A stretch of 64,000 nt of DNA from Patescibacteria group bacterium (GCA_041661745.1 JBAZTR010000001.1:15740-79739), one strand, 5' to 3'. Positions 19,020 to 28,137 are shown, numbered from the stretch's first letter. Numbers and translations are program-made. Notes: generated by a model not told the origin, from the letters alone.

Positions 19020-19907
19020 ATGAACAAGGTAATTAATCCGCAAAATTTTTTTCGCCACAGCCTTATTTTAGGCGGAATATTTGTGGCAATGTTTTTTACT
19101 TCGTTTGTTGGTATTAATAATGCTAGGGCAGAAATAACCGGCCAATTAGATTTAGGCGCAAGCGGATTAAATGTTGTGGCCCTCCAGACATATCTTTCTA
19201 CCGATGTTGATATTTATCCCTCCGGCCTTGTCACGGGATATTTTGATTCCCTTACCCAAACAGCAATACAGAAATTCCAAACAGCCCAGGGGATCGTTGA
19301 CCACGGCACGCCCAAGACCACCGGTTATGGCCGAGTTGGACCCAAGACCTTAAAAAGGATCAATACTTTTATTGACGCAACCCCCGTAGACCAGGTCCAG
19401 AATGAGCTGACGCTTCCGATAAAAATCGCCACCGTTTCCATAAATCAAAAACCAACAATTTCCGGTTTGCCGATGCGGCTGGAAATTACAAAAATTGGTG
19501 TTAATACTACTGTTGATTCCGTGGGCCTTTTGCCAGATGGGGCAATGGACATGATAAAAAGTGTAGATAACGTAGCCTGGTTCGCCCCCGGCCCGCGACC
19601 CGGAGAAGAAGGTAACGCCGTCATTGGCGGACATTATAATGGTGGAAAAGATAATACCATATCAGTTTTCGATAATTTAAATAAATTACAAATAGGCGAT
19701 AAATTATACATTAAAGACGATAATAATGTGACCGTTTCCTTCGTGGTACGCGAGATTCGAATCTACGACCAGAACGCGGACGCCACCGATGTCTTTGTTT
19801 CAGAGGATGGGAAAGCCCACCTTAACCTTATTACTTGTGATGGAGTTTGGGACAGTGTTTCAAAAACTTATTCCGGACGACTAGTGGTGTTTACTGATAA
19901 AGAATAA
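19020..19907 (+). CDS. Class F sortase with N-terminal peptidoglycan-binding domain
   Basis: Signal/TM; LDLGASG.NVVALQTYL...TGYFDSLTQTAIQKFQ...GRVGPKT (PG-binding); PGEEGNAVIGGH...F.NLNKLQIGD...LNLITCDG...RLVV (sortase H/C/R triad). Confidence 0.85.
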   Translation: MNKVINPQNFFRHSLILGGIFVAMFFTSFVGINNARAEITGQLDLGASGLNVVALQTYLSTDVDIYPSGLVTGYFDSLTQTAIQKFQTAQGIVDHGTPKTTGYGRVGPKTLKRINTFIDATPVDQVQNELTLPIKIATVSINQKPTISGLPMRLEITKIGVNTTVDSVGLLPDGAMDMIKSVDNVAWFAPGPRPGEEGNAVIGGHYNGGKDNTISVFDNLNKLQIGDKLYIKDDNNVTVSFVVREIRIYDQNADATDVFVSEDGKAHLNLITCDGVWDSVSKTYSGRLVVFTDKE

Positions 19908-19952
19908 AACCATCAAATTAATCAAAAAATTAAAATCTAACCCCTTTACTAT

Positions 19953-20105
19953 ATGTTGTGGACCATTGTCGTTATCTTAATCATTTTGTGGCTGCTCGGA
20001 CTCGTGACTTCTTATACCTTGGGTGGTTTCATTCACGTCTTATTTGTTGTAGCCATTATCGTTGTGCTTATTAGATTAATTAAAGGTGAAAAAATAATTC
20101 ATTAA
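19953..20105 (+). CDS. lmo0937-family small membrane protein (50 aa; below the ORF-track cutoff)
   Basis: Manual translation MLWTIVVILIILWLLGLVTSYTLGGFIHVLFVVAIIVVLIRLIKGEKIIH. Confidence 0.85.
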   Translation: MLWTIVVILIILWLLGLVTSYTLGGFIHVLFVVAIIVVLIRLIKGEKIIH

Positions 20106-20112
20106 TTAAATT

Positions 20113-20655
20113 ATGAAAAAACTTATCGCTTTAGGCCTTCTGTCGTTGGGAATTGTCTTTTTGGCAGGTTGCGGCCAACAACAAAATAGTCAAACAGCCA
20201 ATCAATCAGCAACGTCGGCGGTTGTCGATACCAACGGTCAAACATATACCGATGCAAAAACCGGTATTTCATTTTTCCAACCAGATGGTTGGATAGTGAG
20301 CACAAACGAAGGCGGTAATTTATATACCTACACTCAAGGACCTTATCAAACTGTTGTTTTCGAAGTCTTCACAGATAAAAATGTCTGGGAACAAAGGCAG
20401 TATAACCCAGTGAATTCGAGCGACAACTCTCTCGTCCCCGATATCCTTGTTGATAGTGGACAAGAGTCAATCGGTGGTTACCAAGCGTTATTTGAAACTT
20501 ATGAGCGAAGGGATACTTTGCACAACACTGTGACCCTAAGTTATACACGTTATTTTGTGGATACTGGTTCCAGCTGGTACGAGATTGAAACCTCGGAATC
20601 AACAGAAGCTGTTCAAGAGATTGTAAAAAGTACGCAGTTTGCTTCTGTTAAATAA
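20113..20655 (+). CDS. Lipoprotein, possibly PsbP-like fold
   Basis: Lipobox LAGC; YTDAKTGISFFQPDGW; ends IVKSTQF. Confidence 0.65.
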   Translation: MKKLIALGLLSLGIVFLAGCGQQQNSQTANQSATSAVVDTNGQTYTDAKTGISFFQPDGWIVSTNEGGNLYTYTQGPYQTVVFEVFTDKNVWEQRQYNPVNSSDNSLVPDILVDSGQESIGGYQALFETYERRDTLHNTVTLSYTRYFVDTGSSWYEIETSESTEAVQEIVKSTQFASVK

Positions 20656-20830
20656 ATCTGCTTTTTTAAAACCATCGCTAATTTCAGCGAAGGTTTTTAT
20701 TATCCAAAATATAGTTAGAATCAGGATCACCGTTCTGATACTCTCCGCACACGGATGAAATCTAAAGACTATTACTCACTATTGCATAATAATAATTTTT
20801 GACTTATAAGTGACACAGGAGGTTTGTTTG

Positions 20831-21490
20831 ATGGAGACAATCGAGGTAACATCTCAGGCCGGTTTGCAGGAGTTTTTGAATCAAAATAGAGCTTATGTAA
20901 ACGGAAAAAATGGCCGTGTGACTCATCTTCACGCAACGGTTGCCGAATCCCGTTTCGAGATCGAAAACATCCAAGGTATCTACCTGGCGCGTCCGGAGTT
21001 TGCTTGGATGGCGGTCTGGATGGCTGTGACGGATAGGACAAAACTTCGCAAGCGCCATCTTTGCTATCAAATGCCTAACGGTGCTGACCGCGTTGGAAGG
21101 TTGATGATCGGCGGTCTGAAAGAGCAAACCGAACCGCGTGATCTGTTGTGCAGCCAAGCCTTTTTGTACCTATTCGAACCCGCACTTTTGCCCACGCGCG
21201 TCTTAGACATCGCCCGAGAGTCGGAGCAGGACCGACTTACGAGTCTCGTGGCGCGCGGCTACTCCTGGCAAGAAATCGAACGACATGGTCGGATGCGTCG
21301 AGCCCTCGTGCCGCCAGTCAACGAACCACCAACGATCCTTGAACTCGATGTCTGGCAAGTCGCGGTCGTTCAGATGCCGCAACTCGTACCGTCTATCGAG
21401 GTTGTGCTCTCTGGTGATGTGGTGAAGGACTTGGCCAGTCTTATCACTTTTCAAGACAAGATACCGGGGAACAATTATCTTGAAAAGTAG
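20831..21490 (+). CDS. Hypothetical protein (GC-rich, with AGGAGG SD)
   Basis: Long ORF with AGGAGG upstream of ATG 20831 and a terminator-like hairpin after the stop. Confidence 0.6.
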   Translation: METIEVTSQAGLQEFLNQNRAYVNGKNGRVTHLHATVAESRFEIENIQGIYLARPEFAWMAVWMAVTDRTKLRKRHLCYQMPNGADRVGRLMIGGLKEQTEPRDLLCSQAFLYLFEPALLPTRVLDIARESEQDRLTSLVARGYSWQEIERHGRMRRALVPPVNEPPTILELDVWQVAVVQMPQLVPSIEVVLSGDVVKDLASLITFQDKIPGNNYLEK

Positions 21491-21700
21491 CTCGCTCGTC
21501 TTTCAGTTCTTTCTCAGCCGCCACAGTTATTGGTGGTTTTTTATTTACGCGGTTTTTTGGACCGAGGTGGTTAGTTCAAATGTGTCCGTCCATGCGAGCC
21601 AATAAAATTTCTTTGTCCATTGTCTGCTTTTGCGGTACGGGTTATGATTTAATAGTAAAATTTAGGAATGATTAAAATTAAAGGATTAATAATAGTTATT

Positions 21701-22156
21701 ATGTTAAAAATTTCAGAATTCATGGATAAAGACCATGTGTATTTGAATATACTTTTGACGCATTTTTTAGAAGAATGTAAAAAGACTGAAAGTTTATTAA
21801 AAGTACGGAAATTGTTTGAAAAGTTTAAGAGAAATCTTTTGACACACATGGAACTAGAAGACGAGGTTTTGTTTCCACGTTTAAGCGCCTGTCTGGGGTT
21901 TGAGGTCGATTGTCCTTTAACAAGGCGAGCCAGGAATGATCACGCAAAAATTTTGAAGTTAACTGATTTGATTGAAAAGGCACTGGAAAAACAAGATGCG
22001 AAAAAAGTTTTTTCAGTTGGTGATAATTTGAAACATGCAATAGAAGCACACCATGACCGTGAAAAAGAAATCCATTACCCTGTTTCTGATAAATTTATCA
22101 AGAAAGTTGAGTGGTTGATTTTTTTAAGAAATTTTGAGATGAAAAGAAAATATTAA
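21701..22156 (+). CDS. Hemerythrin/HHE cation-binding domain protein
   Basis: FMDKDH...HMELEDEVLFP...NDHAKI...HHDREKEIHYP. Confidence 0.8.
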   Translation: MLKISEFMDKDHVYLNILLTHFLEECKKTESLLKVRKLFEKFKRNLLTHMELEDEVLFPRLSACLGFEVDCPLTRRARNDHAKILKLTDLIEKALEKQDAKKVFSVGDNLKHAIEAHHDREKEIHYPVSDKFIKKVEWLIFLRNFEMKRKY

Positions 22157-22255
22157 ATCAGGTTATTTAGAGTGCAGTCCCCGCATAAGATTTATTGATT
22201 ATAAATTAGAGAATTAACTACAATATAAGAACATAACGTTTTAATAATCAATTAT

Positions 22256-22723
22256 ATGATAAAAATAAACACTAAGGCTCCGGAATTTACACTTTTTGAT
22301 CAAGCTGGGGAACAGCATAGTTTAAATGATTACCTTGGAAAATGGGTACTCCTATACTTTTATCCAAAGGACGATACACCTGGGTGCACAAAAGAAGCTT
22401 GTTCTTTTCGTGATAATTTACCCGTTTTTAACGGGTTAAATTTACAAGTTTTAGGTATAAGTACCGATTCCGTGGACAGTCACCGTAGATTCGCCGAAAA
22501 GAATTCTCTGAATTTTACGATTTTATCGGACACATTAAAACAAACGTTAAAAAACTATGATGCCGGAGGCGTTTTTACCAAACGCATATCGTACTTAATC
22601 AATCCCGAAGGTGTAATTAGTAAGATTTATACCAAAGTTAATCCAAGTTTTCATGCAGAGGAAGTAAAAAATGATTTGAGTGTCTTGCAAAATAAAAGTA
22701 GATCCAACAAAATTTCAGTTTAA
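22256..22723 (+). CDS. bcp: Peroxiredoxin Bcp/PrxQ
   Basis: LYFYPKDDTPGCTKEACSFRD. Confidence 0.93.
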   Translation: MIKINTKAPEFTLFDQAGEQHSLNDYLGKWVLLYFYPKDDTPGCTKEACSFRDNLPVFNGLNLQVLGISTDSVDSHRRFAEKNSLNFTILSDTLKQTLKNYDAGGVFTKRISYLINPEGVISKIYTKVNPSFHAEEVKNDLSVLQNKSRSNKISV

Positions 22724-22778
22724 ACGACCGGGATTTTGTTGTATCTAAGAAGGTTTATATATGGTAGGGTTAATTTGT

Positions 22779-23261
22779 ATGAAATATACTTTTACTGCGA
22801 TTCTTCTTTGTCTCTGCGTTCTTGGGGTGGGTTGTGTTTCTGGTTTAAGCCTTACCCCTCAAACAGGAACAACTAATGTTTCTGGGACAAAACTCGATCT
22901 AAGTAATCAGGGGTTTACCGAGGTATCGCAAGATGTTTTTAAACAGACCAGTCTTGTTGAACTCGATCTTTCCGGCAATAATTTAACCGGAGCTATTCCC
23001 GGGGAAATTCGCTTTTTGGCTAATTTGGAAAAACTTGATTTAAGCGATAACGCCATGACCGGTCTGCCGGCCGAAGTCGGTCAGCTTCAAAAACTTAAAA
23101 CGCTTGATTTGTCCAATAATCAATTAACGGGTTTGCCGCTCGAACTTGGTCAATTGTCAGCTTTGGAAACTCTGGATCTGCGCGGCAATTCTTATTCGGC
23201 ACACGATCTTGGTATCATTCGAACAACTCTTTCGCCACAAGTAAATATTTTGGTTGACTAA
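22779..23261 (+). CDS. Leucine-rich repeat lipoprotein
   Basis: Lipobox-like GVGC; about five LxxLDLSxNxLTGLPxExGxL repeats. Confidence 0.85.
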   Translation: MKYTFTAILLCLCVLGVGCVSGLSLTPQTGTTNVSGTKLDLSNQGFTEVSQDVFKQTSLVELDLSGNNLTGAIPGEIRFLANLEKLDLSDNAMTGLPAEVGQLQKLKTLDLSNNQLTGLPLELGQLSALETLDLRGNSYSAHDLGIIRTTLSPQVNILVD

Positions 23262-23267
23262 AAAAAT

Positions 23268-23456
23268 ATGAAAATTTTAAGAACACGATCCTTCAAGTAT
23301 TGGGAGATCGGTCTCATCAAAATTTGTTTGCTCTCCCTCGGTATTCTCCTCGGCCTGTACTTTTTTGATTATCTGATCGGTTTGTTGTGGTTGTGGTGGT
23401 TGTTGCTAGCTGTGACGACAATTTATTTTATTATCAAACTTATAAGAGAAGGTTAA
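23268..23456 (+). CDS. Small two-TM membrane protein
   Basis: Hydrophobic 62-aa ORF 6 nt after the LRR gene, followed by a terminator-like hairpin. Confidence 0.65.
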   Translation: MKILRTRSFKYWEIGLIKICLLSLGILLGLYFFDYLIGLLWLWWLLLAVTTIYFIIKLIREG

Positions 23457-23572
23457 AAAATAAAAAAACACCCACTGGTTTCTGGGTGATTTTTGGTTTA
23501 AAAAAACCGCGCGTATTTCAGCACGGAAAGGGACCCTTCGACTTAGCTCAGGGTCTTCGAAAGGCGGACGAC

Positions 23573-24022
23573 CTAGATCGTCCGGGGGCGGGGGAGCCAG
23601 CCGGCTTCAACCCCCTCGTTGATCCAACTGATGTGGTGCTCGACTAAAATTATCGAGCTCCTGGTGGCAACGGTAAGCTTGGCCTTGGGGTGGCCGAAAG
23701 GAAGCCAGAACTCAACGTCGGCTACGGCAAAATCCGTTAGAACGTCACGCCGAAGAAGAACACGACGGCGTTCTTCTATGTCCTTAAGCGAGTCGGTGTG
23801 GAGAATCCAGCGGTGAGCCTGTTCAAATGAAATCGTGCCGTAAATTCGGCGAAGTTCACCAACCAGTTCTAGGTAAGGCACACGAGGATCGGTGACAGCC
23901 TGGTTGGCTTGTCTAGCCTTGTTTAGACCCAGGAAGGCCCGACCTAAGTAGGGGTAGGTTCGACCAATAGTTGTGCTATGTGTTAGGAATATGTCCACAA
24001 GGACAAAAGGGGCCAGCTCCAC
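23573..24022 (-). CDS. Hypothetical protein
   Basis: ORF 23573..24091; start moved to GTG at 24022 because GGAGG precedes it and a TTGACA-17-TATTCT promoter occupies 24096-24068. Confidence 0.5.
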   Translation of the reverse strand: MELAPFVLVDIFLTHSTTIGRTYPYLGRAFLGLNKARQANQAVTDPRVPYLELVGELRRIYGTISFEQAHRWILHTDSLKDIEERRRVLLRRDVLTDFAVADVEFWLPFGHPKAKLTVATRSSIILVEHHISWINEGVEAGWLPRPRTI

Positions 24023-24067
24023 GATCCCTCCAAGAATCGCCGGACTTGATCGAATACGCCAGCAAGG

Positions 24068-24134
24068 AGAATAGTCTAAAAAAGCTTTCATGTCAACCTA
24101 GACGATTGACATGAGGGTTAATTTGTACTAAAGT
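24068..24134. promoter_or_regulatory. Back-to-back divergent sigma70 promoters
   Basis: Minus: TTGACA(24096-24091)-17-TATTCT(24073-24068). Plus: TTGACA(24106-24111)-17-TAAAGT(24129-24134). The two -35 boxes form TCATGTCAA-9-TTGACATGA. Confidence 0.7.
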
Positions 24135-24173
24135 GGTGCACTGTCCTTAAACAATTCAAAGAAAGGTAGACCA

Positions 24174-24824
24174 GTGCCCAGCACCACATATTTTGATCCG
24201 TCTGTTTCACTCGAGGCACGCCTGGTCGCTGCCTTCGACGAGTTGGAGGTGGCCGGGGAAGTAAGGGGAGCGGCGGCCGCGCTTCTTGCTCCGCTTCGCA
24301 ACAACGGCCCGATCACGCGCGAGCACTATGAACACAGCATCAGAGTGGCTTTGGTTGCTCGGGCCATCGCACCCCATGCCGGCCTGATCGAAAGGGCCAT
24401 GTTCTACGCCGGTCTGCTGCATGATGTTGGCAAGGCCCGCACGCGGCTTGAGCTTCTCGGCAGGCACGGAAGCTGGTCCGAGGATGACGCCAAGGAAATG
24501 GAAGAGCATGTCGTCGAGAGCTGGCGGATGCTTCAAGGTTCGTTCAACTTTACGTCGAAGGTGGCTCTGCGCCACCACCGTTCGCAAAAGCGGCGTTATC
24601 CGGAGAATCTCCCTCAGGACGATGAAGCCGACCTCTACGCTCGGCATCTCGCCCTGGCCGACAGCTACGACGCCATGCATCGGGTGGACACGAGCACTGG
24701 TGGCCGAGCCCTGACCGGCGAACAGATCAAGGAACGCATGCTCGAGGCTAACCCCGACCTGCGCGATCTGGTCGAAAGGCTCTACCAGGTCGGCGTCTTC
24801 ACAACCACGATCTACGATCCTTAG
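24174..24824 (+). CDS. Stand-alone HD (HD-GYP-like) metal-dependent phosphohydrolase
   Basis: EHSIRVA...GLLHDVGK...EEHV...RHH....RYP...LADSYDAM. Confidence 0.85.
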   Translation: MPSTTYFDPSVSLEARLVAAFDELEVAGEVRGAAAALLAPLRNNGPITREHYEHSIRVALVARAIAPHAGLIERAMFYAGLLHDVGKARTRLELLGRHGSWSEDDAKEMEEHVVESWRMLQGSFNFTSKVALRHHRSQKRRYPENLPQDDEADLYARHLALADSYDAMHRVDTSTGGRALTGEQIKERMLEANPDLRDLVERLYQVGVFTTTIYDP

Positions 24825-24911
24825 TGCTTCACCACCCCTTACGAAAAGGCGGTGGTTTTTTAAAAAAAATAGGGCTCCACATTGTTGGTGTGAAACCCTT
24901 TGAAGTTACGA

Positions 24912-26240
24912 CTAGCAGCAGCCTTTGGACCGTTGTCGTCCCCGAGCCACCCCGGTCTCTAGACGGCGTTGTTCGGCTGCTTTGGGGAGTTCGTTGGCCA
25001 GAACTGCCTCCAGCACGGCCACGGCCTTGTCCACATCATCTTTGTCGTTGTAGATGTGGAAGGACATGCGCATGGCGCCGTCTTCCAGGTTGAGACGGTC
25101 CATGAGCGGGTCGGCACAGAACCGGCCGGCCCGGATGGCGATTCCGGCCTCGCTGAGAGCCGCGACGAAGGATTCGTGATGGATCCCTTTCTTCGGCATG
25201 AACGTGAAGGCTACGAGGGATCCGGAACCTCCATTGTGTACGTTCTGTCCGAGTATGGTTACACCTTTCAATTCTCCGATATGGTGCTGGGCGTACTGGC
25301 CAAGACTTTTGATGTGAGCCTCGACCCGGGCCATTCCGAGTTCTTCCAAGTACCGAACTGCCGCTGCCAAGCCGACGGCCCCGGCCACATTTTGGGTGCC
25401 GGGCTCGAGCAGGTGGGGCATCGGCTTTGTCTCGAAGCTGCGAGTCGTCACCCGGGTGATCATCTCGCCGCCGCCCTTCCATGGTCCCATACGGTCGAAC
25501 ATGTGTGGGGCCACGTAGAGGCCGCCGATGCCGGTTGGTCCGAGCATCTTGTGACCCGAGAAAGCGTAGAAGTCGACATCCAGTTCTTGGACGTTGACCG
25601 GCATGTGCCCCACGACCTGAGCCCCGTCGACGAGCACGGGCACGCCGTGGCGGTGGGCTGCTTCTACGATTTTTGCGATATCGTTTACCATCCCAAGGAC
25701 GTTGGAAATGTGAGGAATAACCAGTAGAACGACATCCTGAAGCCCATCGAGGAAGTCGTCAACTTCCAGGGGGTGATGTAAGAAACAATTTTCACAGAAT
25801 CCCATTACCCTAGTTTCCACGCCCGGATCGTTTTCGAATACTCCTTCTTTGAGGATGTGCCACGGGACGATTCCGGCATGATGATTGTCGTCCGAGAAGA
25901 CGATGGTACCGCACCGATCCTGTTGGTTGATCTCGGGAACAACGAAGGCCCCGGCCACCATGTTGATGGCCTCGGTTGTGCCGGTTGTCCAAACCAAGCA
26001 CTCCGGCTCTTCGGCACCGATGAAGCGGGCAACGGTTGCCCTGGCGCCCTCGATCATCTCAGTAGCGCGACGGGACTCCCGGTAGGAGTTGCCGCGGCCG
26101 GTGTTTGAATTGAACTCCGCCATGAATCTGGTGACAGTATCAATAACAACTTGCGGTTTCTGAGTCGTGGCTGCCGAGTCCAACCAAGTGGTTCCGGGAT
26201 TCGCGGCAAAGAAGGGAAAGCTATCCTTTACGTGGGTCAT
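24912..26240 (-). CDS. sufS: PLP-dependent cysteine desulfurase, SufS-like (class V aminotransferase)
   Basis: WLDSAATTQKP, GTTEAIN, VDGAQ, FSGHKMLGPTGIG, EPGTQN, RAGRFCA, RMSFHIYN. Confidence 0.88.
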   Translation of the reverse strand: MTHVKDSFPFFAANPGTTWLDSAATTQKPQVVIDTVTRFMAEFNSNTGRGNSYRESRRATEMIEGARATVARFIGAEEPECLVWTTGTTEAINMVAGAFVVPEINQQDRCGTIVFSDDNHHAGIVPWHILKEGVFENDPGVETRVMGFCENCFLHHPLEVDDFLDGLQDVVLLVIPHISNVLGMVNDIAKIVEAAHRHGVPVLVDGAQVVGHMPVNVQELDVDFYAFSGHKMLGPTGIGGLYVAPHMFDRMGPWKGGGEMITRVTTRSFETKPMPHLLEPGTQNVAGAVGLAAAVRYLEELGMARVEAHIKSLGQYAQHHIGELKGVTILGQNVHNGGSGSLVAFTFMPKKGIHHESFVAALSEAGIAIRAGRFCADPLMDRLNLEDGAMRMSFHIYNDKDDVDKAVAVLEAVLANELPKAAEQRRLETGVARGRQRSKGCC

Positions 26241-26364
26241 TGTGCCTGTCTCCGCTATTACTGGTTACGTCATTAGCGAAATTTGTGTTAAAGAACAAGG
26301 CACAATAATGTACGCTTTTTTCGATTCCTGTCAATAACCTCTTATAAAAGAAAAACACCCAGTT

Positions 26365-28134
26365 TTAGTTGGATGTTTTTTCTTTTTCCAATTTTAGCCA
26401 CTCTTTTTCCGTTTGAGAAATTTCGTCATCAATGTCTGTCAAACGTTTGGCTTTGTCTGGTGCGTAATCAGTGGGGTTTTCAAAATAGAATTTAAGAATT
26501 TCACCTTTTTCTTTTTCTAGGTTTTTTAGTTTTTCATCAAGCCGTTGTTGAGTCCGAGAAAGTTGGCGAAGCAGTTGAGCATTTTCTTGTTTGTTTTCTT
26601 TTGTCTTTGAAGCCTTTAAAGCCTCTCCGGCCCCACCGGCCTCTTCGGCCTCAACTGTTAGGTCGGCCACGTATTCTTCGTAAGTGCCGGTGTAATGTCG
26701 CACGGTTCCGTTTCGAACTTCGAAAATCGTATCAACAAAAGCATTCATGAAAGTACGAGCGTGGCAAACAATAATGACCGTGCCCTCATAATCTTTTATG
26801 GCTCGGGCTAATACCTCAACCGTTTCCGTGTCCAAATGGTTAGTTGGTTCGTCGAGAATCAAAACGTTATGTTCTTGCAGAATTAGTCGGGCCAAACGTA
26901 CCCGCGCCTTTTCGCCACCCGAAAGAACCCGACAAGTTTTTTCCAAATCATCATGACGGAAAAGGAAGGCACCGGCGGCCGCAAGAATTCGTTCGGCCGG
27001 GGCACTGGCCGGGGCGGCTTTGGTGAGCGCTTGCAAAACCGTCATTTCCGGATTCAAGGTGTCTTCAGACATCTGCGAGAAATAACCAATATTGGCATGC
27101 GGCCACCATTTTAGTTTTCCACCTAAAGAGGGAATCAGATCAGCTAAAGTTTTTAGAAGGGTTGTTTTACCATGACCGTTTTCACCAACAATCGCCACTT
27201 TGGCGCCACGGATAATTTCCAAGGTTATGTTTTGGGCCACGGTTTTTTCCGGATAACCAATAACTAAATCCTCGGCCCGCACTGCCGGACCCGAAGTAAC
27301 CGAAGGGCAGGGAATGCGAAAAGCGGCGGTTGGTAAAGCTGTACCAAGCTCCTTCATTTGCGCCCGAAGTTTGGTAATGTGTTTTAGTTTGCTTTGCGCC
27401 TGTGAAGCCATGCTGGCCTTGTAACGAAAACGATCGACAAATTCCTGGGTGTGACTTATTTCGCGGCGTAATTTTTTATTAGTGCGGCGAGCGAATCCAG
27501 CTTGTTCAGCTTTGTAGTCAAGATAAGTTTCAACATCACCGGGGAATTCCGTTAACTCACCCTTTTCAATCTCCCAGGTTGAAGTGCAAATATTTTGCAT
27601 GGCTTCACGGTCGTGGGAGATTAGAATGAAAGTTCCGGCGTAGTTGCGTAAAAAAGTTTCCAAAAGAAGCAGAGTTGGTAAGTCCAAATAGTTCATTGGT
27701 TCATCCAGCAGTAAAAGATTTGGATTATCAAGTAACATGCGCACAATTTTTACGCGCATTTGATAACCGCCGGAAAGAGCTGTAGGCGGCAAAGCCAAAT
27801 CACCAGCTTTTATACCAAACTTGGCGGCTAGTTTGGCGGCTTCCCATTCAGGTCGGCCACTGGCTTCGGTTAAAAATTGAAGAGTTGAAAGATCGTCGGG
27901 CAAAGTTTCATTTTGCTTGATTACTCCCAACTTGGTCCATGGCATGAATTTGATTTCGCCATTGTCTTTTTCTTCTTCACCGGTGATTAAACGAAAGAGG
28001 GTGGTTTTGCCAGCCCCATTACGTCCGATAAGACCAATATGCGCCCCTTCGGATATTACAAAAGATAGGTCGTCCAGAATTACTTGACGACCATAAGTTT
28101 TTGCTAAATTTTTAGCTTCGAGCATCGGTCTCAT
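26365..28134 (-). CDS. ABC-F family ribosome-associated ATPase
   Basis: Two ABC domains (GRNGAGKT/LSGG/LLDEP; GENGHGKT/LSGGE/ILDEPTNHLD), no TM segments, C-terminal coiled coil. Confidence 0.92.
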   Translation of the reverse strand: MRPMLEAKNLAKTYGRQVILDDLSFVISEGAHIGLIGRNGAGKTTLFRLITGEEEKDNGEIKFMPWTKLGVIKQNETLPDDLSTLQFLTEASGRPEWEAAKLAAKFGIKAGDLALPPTALSGGYQMRVKIVRMLLDNPNLLLLDEPMNYLDLPTLLLLETFLRNYAGTFILISHDREAMQNICTSTWEIEKGELTEFPGDVETYLDYKAEQAGFARRTNKKLRREISHTQEFVDRFRYKASMASQAQSKLKHITKLRAQMKELGTALPTAAFRIPCPSVTSGPAVRAEDLVIGYPEKTVAQNITLEIIRGAKVAIVGENGHGKTTLLKTLADLIPSLGGKLKWWPHANIGYFSQMSEDTLNPEMTVLQALTKAAPASAPAERILAAAGAFLFRHDDLEKTCRVLSGGEKARVRLARLILQEHNVLILDEPTNHLDTETVEVLARAIKDYEGTVIIVCHARTFMNAFVDTIFEVRNGTVRHYTGTYEEYVADLTVEAEEAGGAGEALKASKTKENKQENAQLLRQLSRTQQRLDEKLKNLEKEKGEILKFYFENPTDYAPDKAKRLTDIDDEISQTEKEWLKLEKEKTSN

Positions 28135-28137
28135 ACA

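Noticed and set aside
10203-23456. Prophage, ICE or IS in the tRNA-linked region
   Set aside because: No integrase, transposase, relaxase or virion gene is recognisable.
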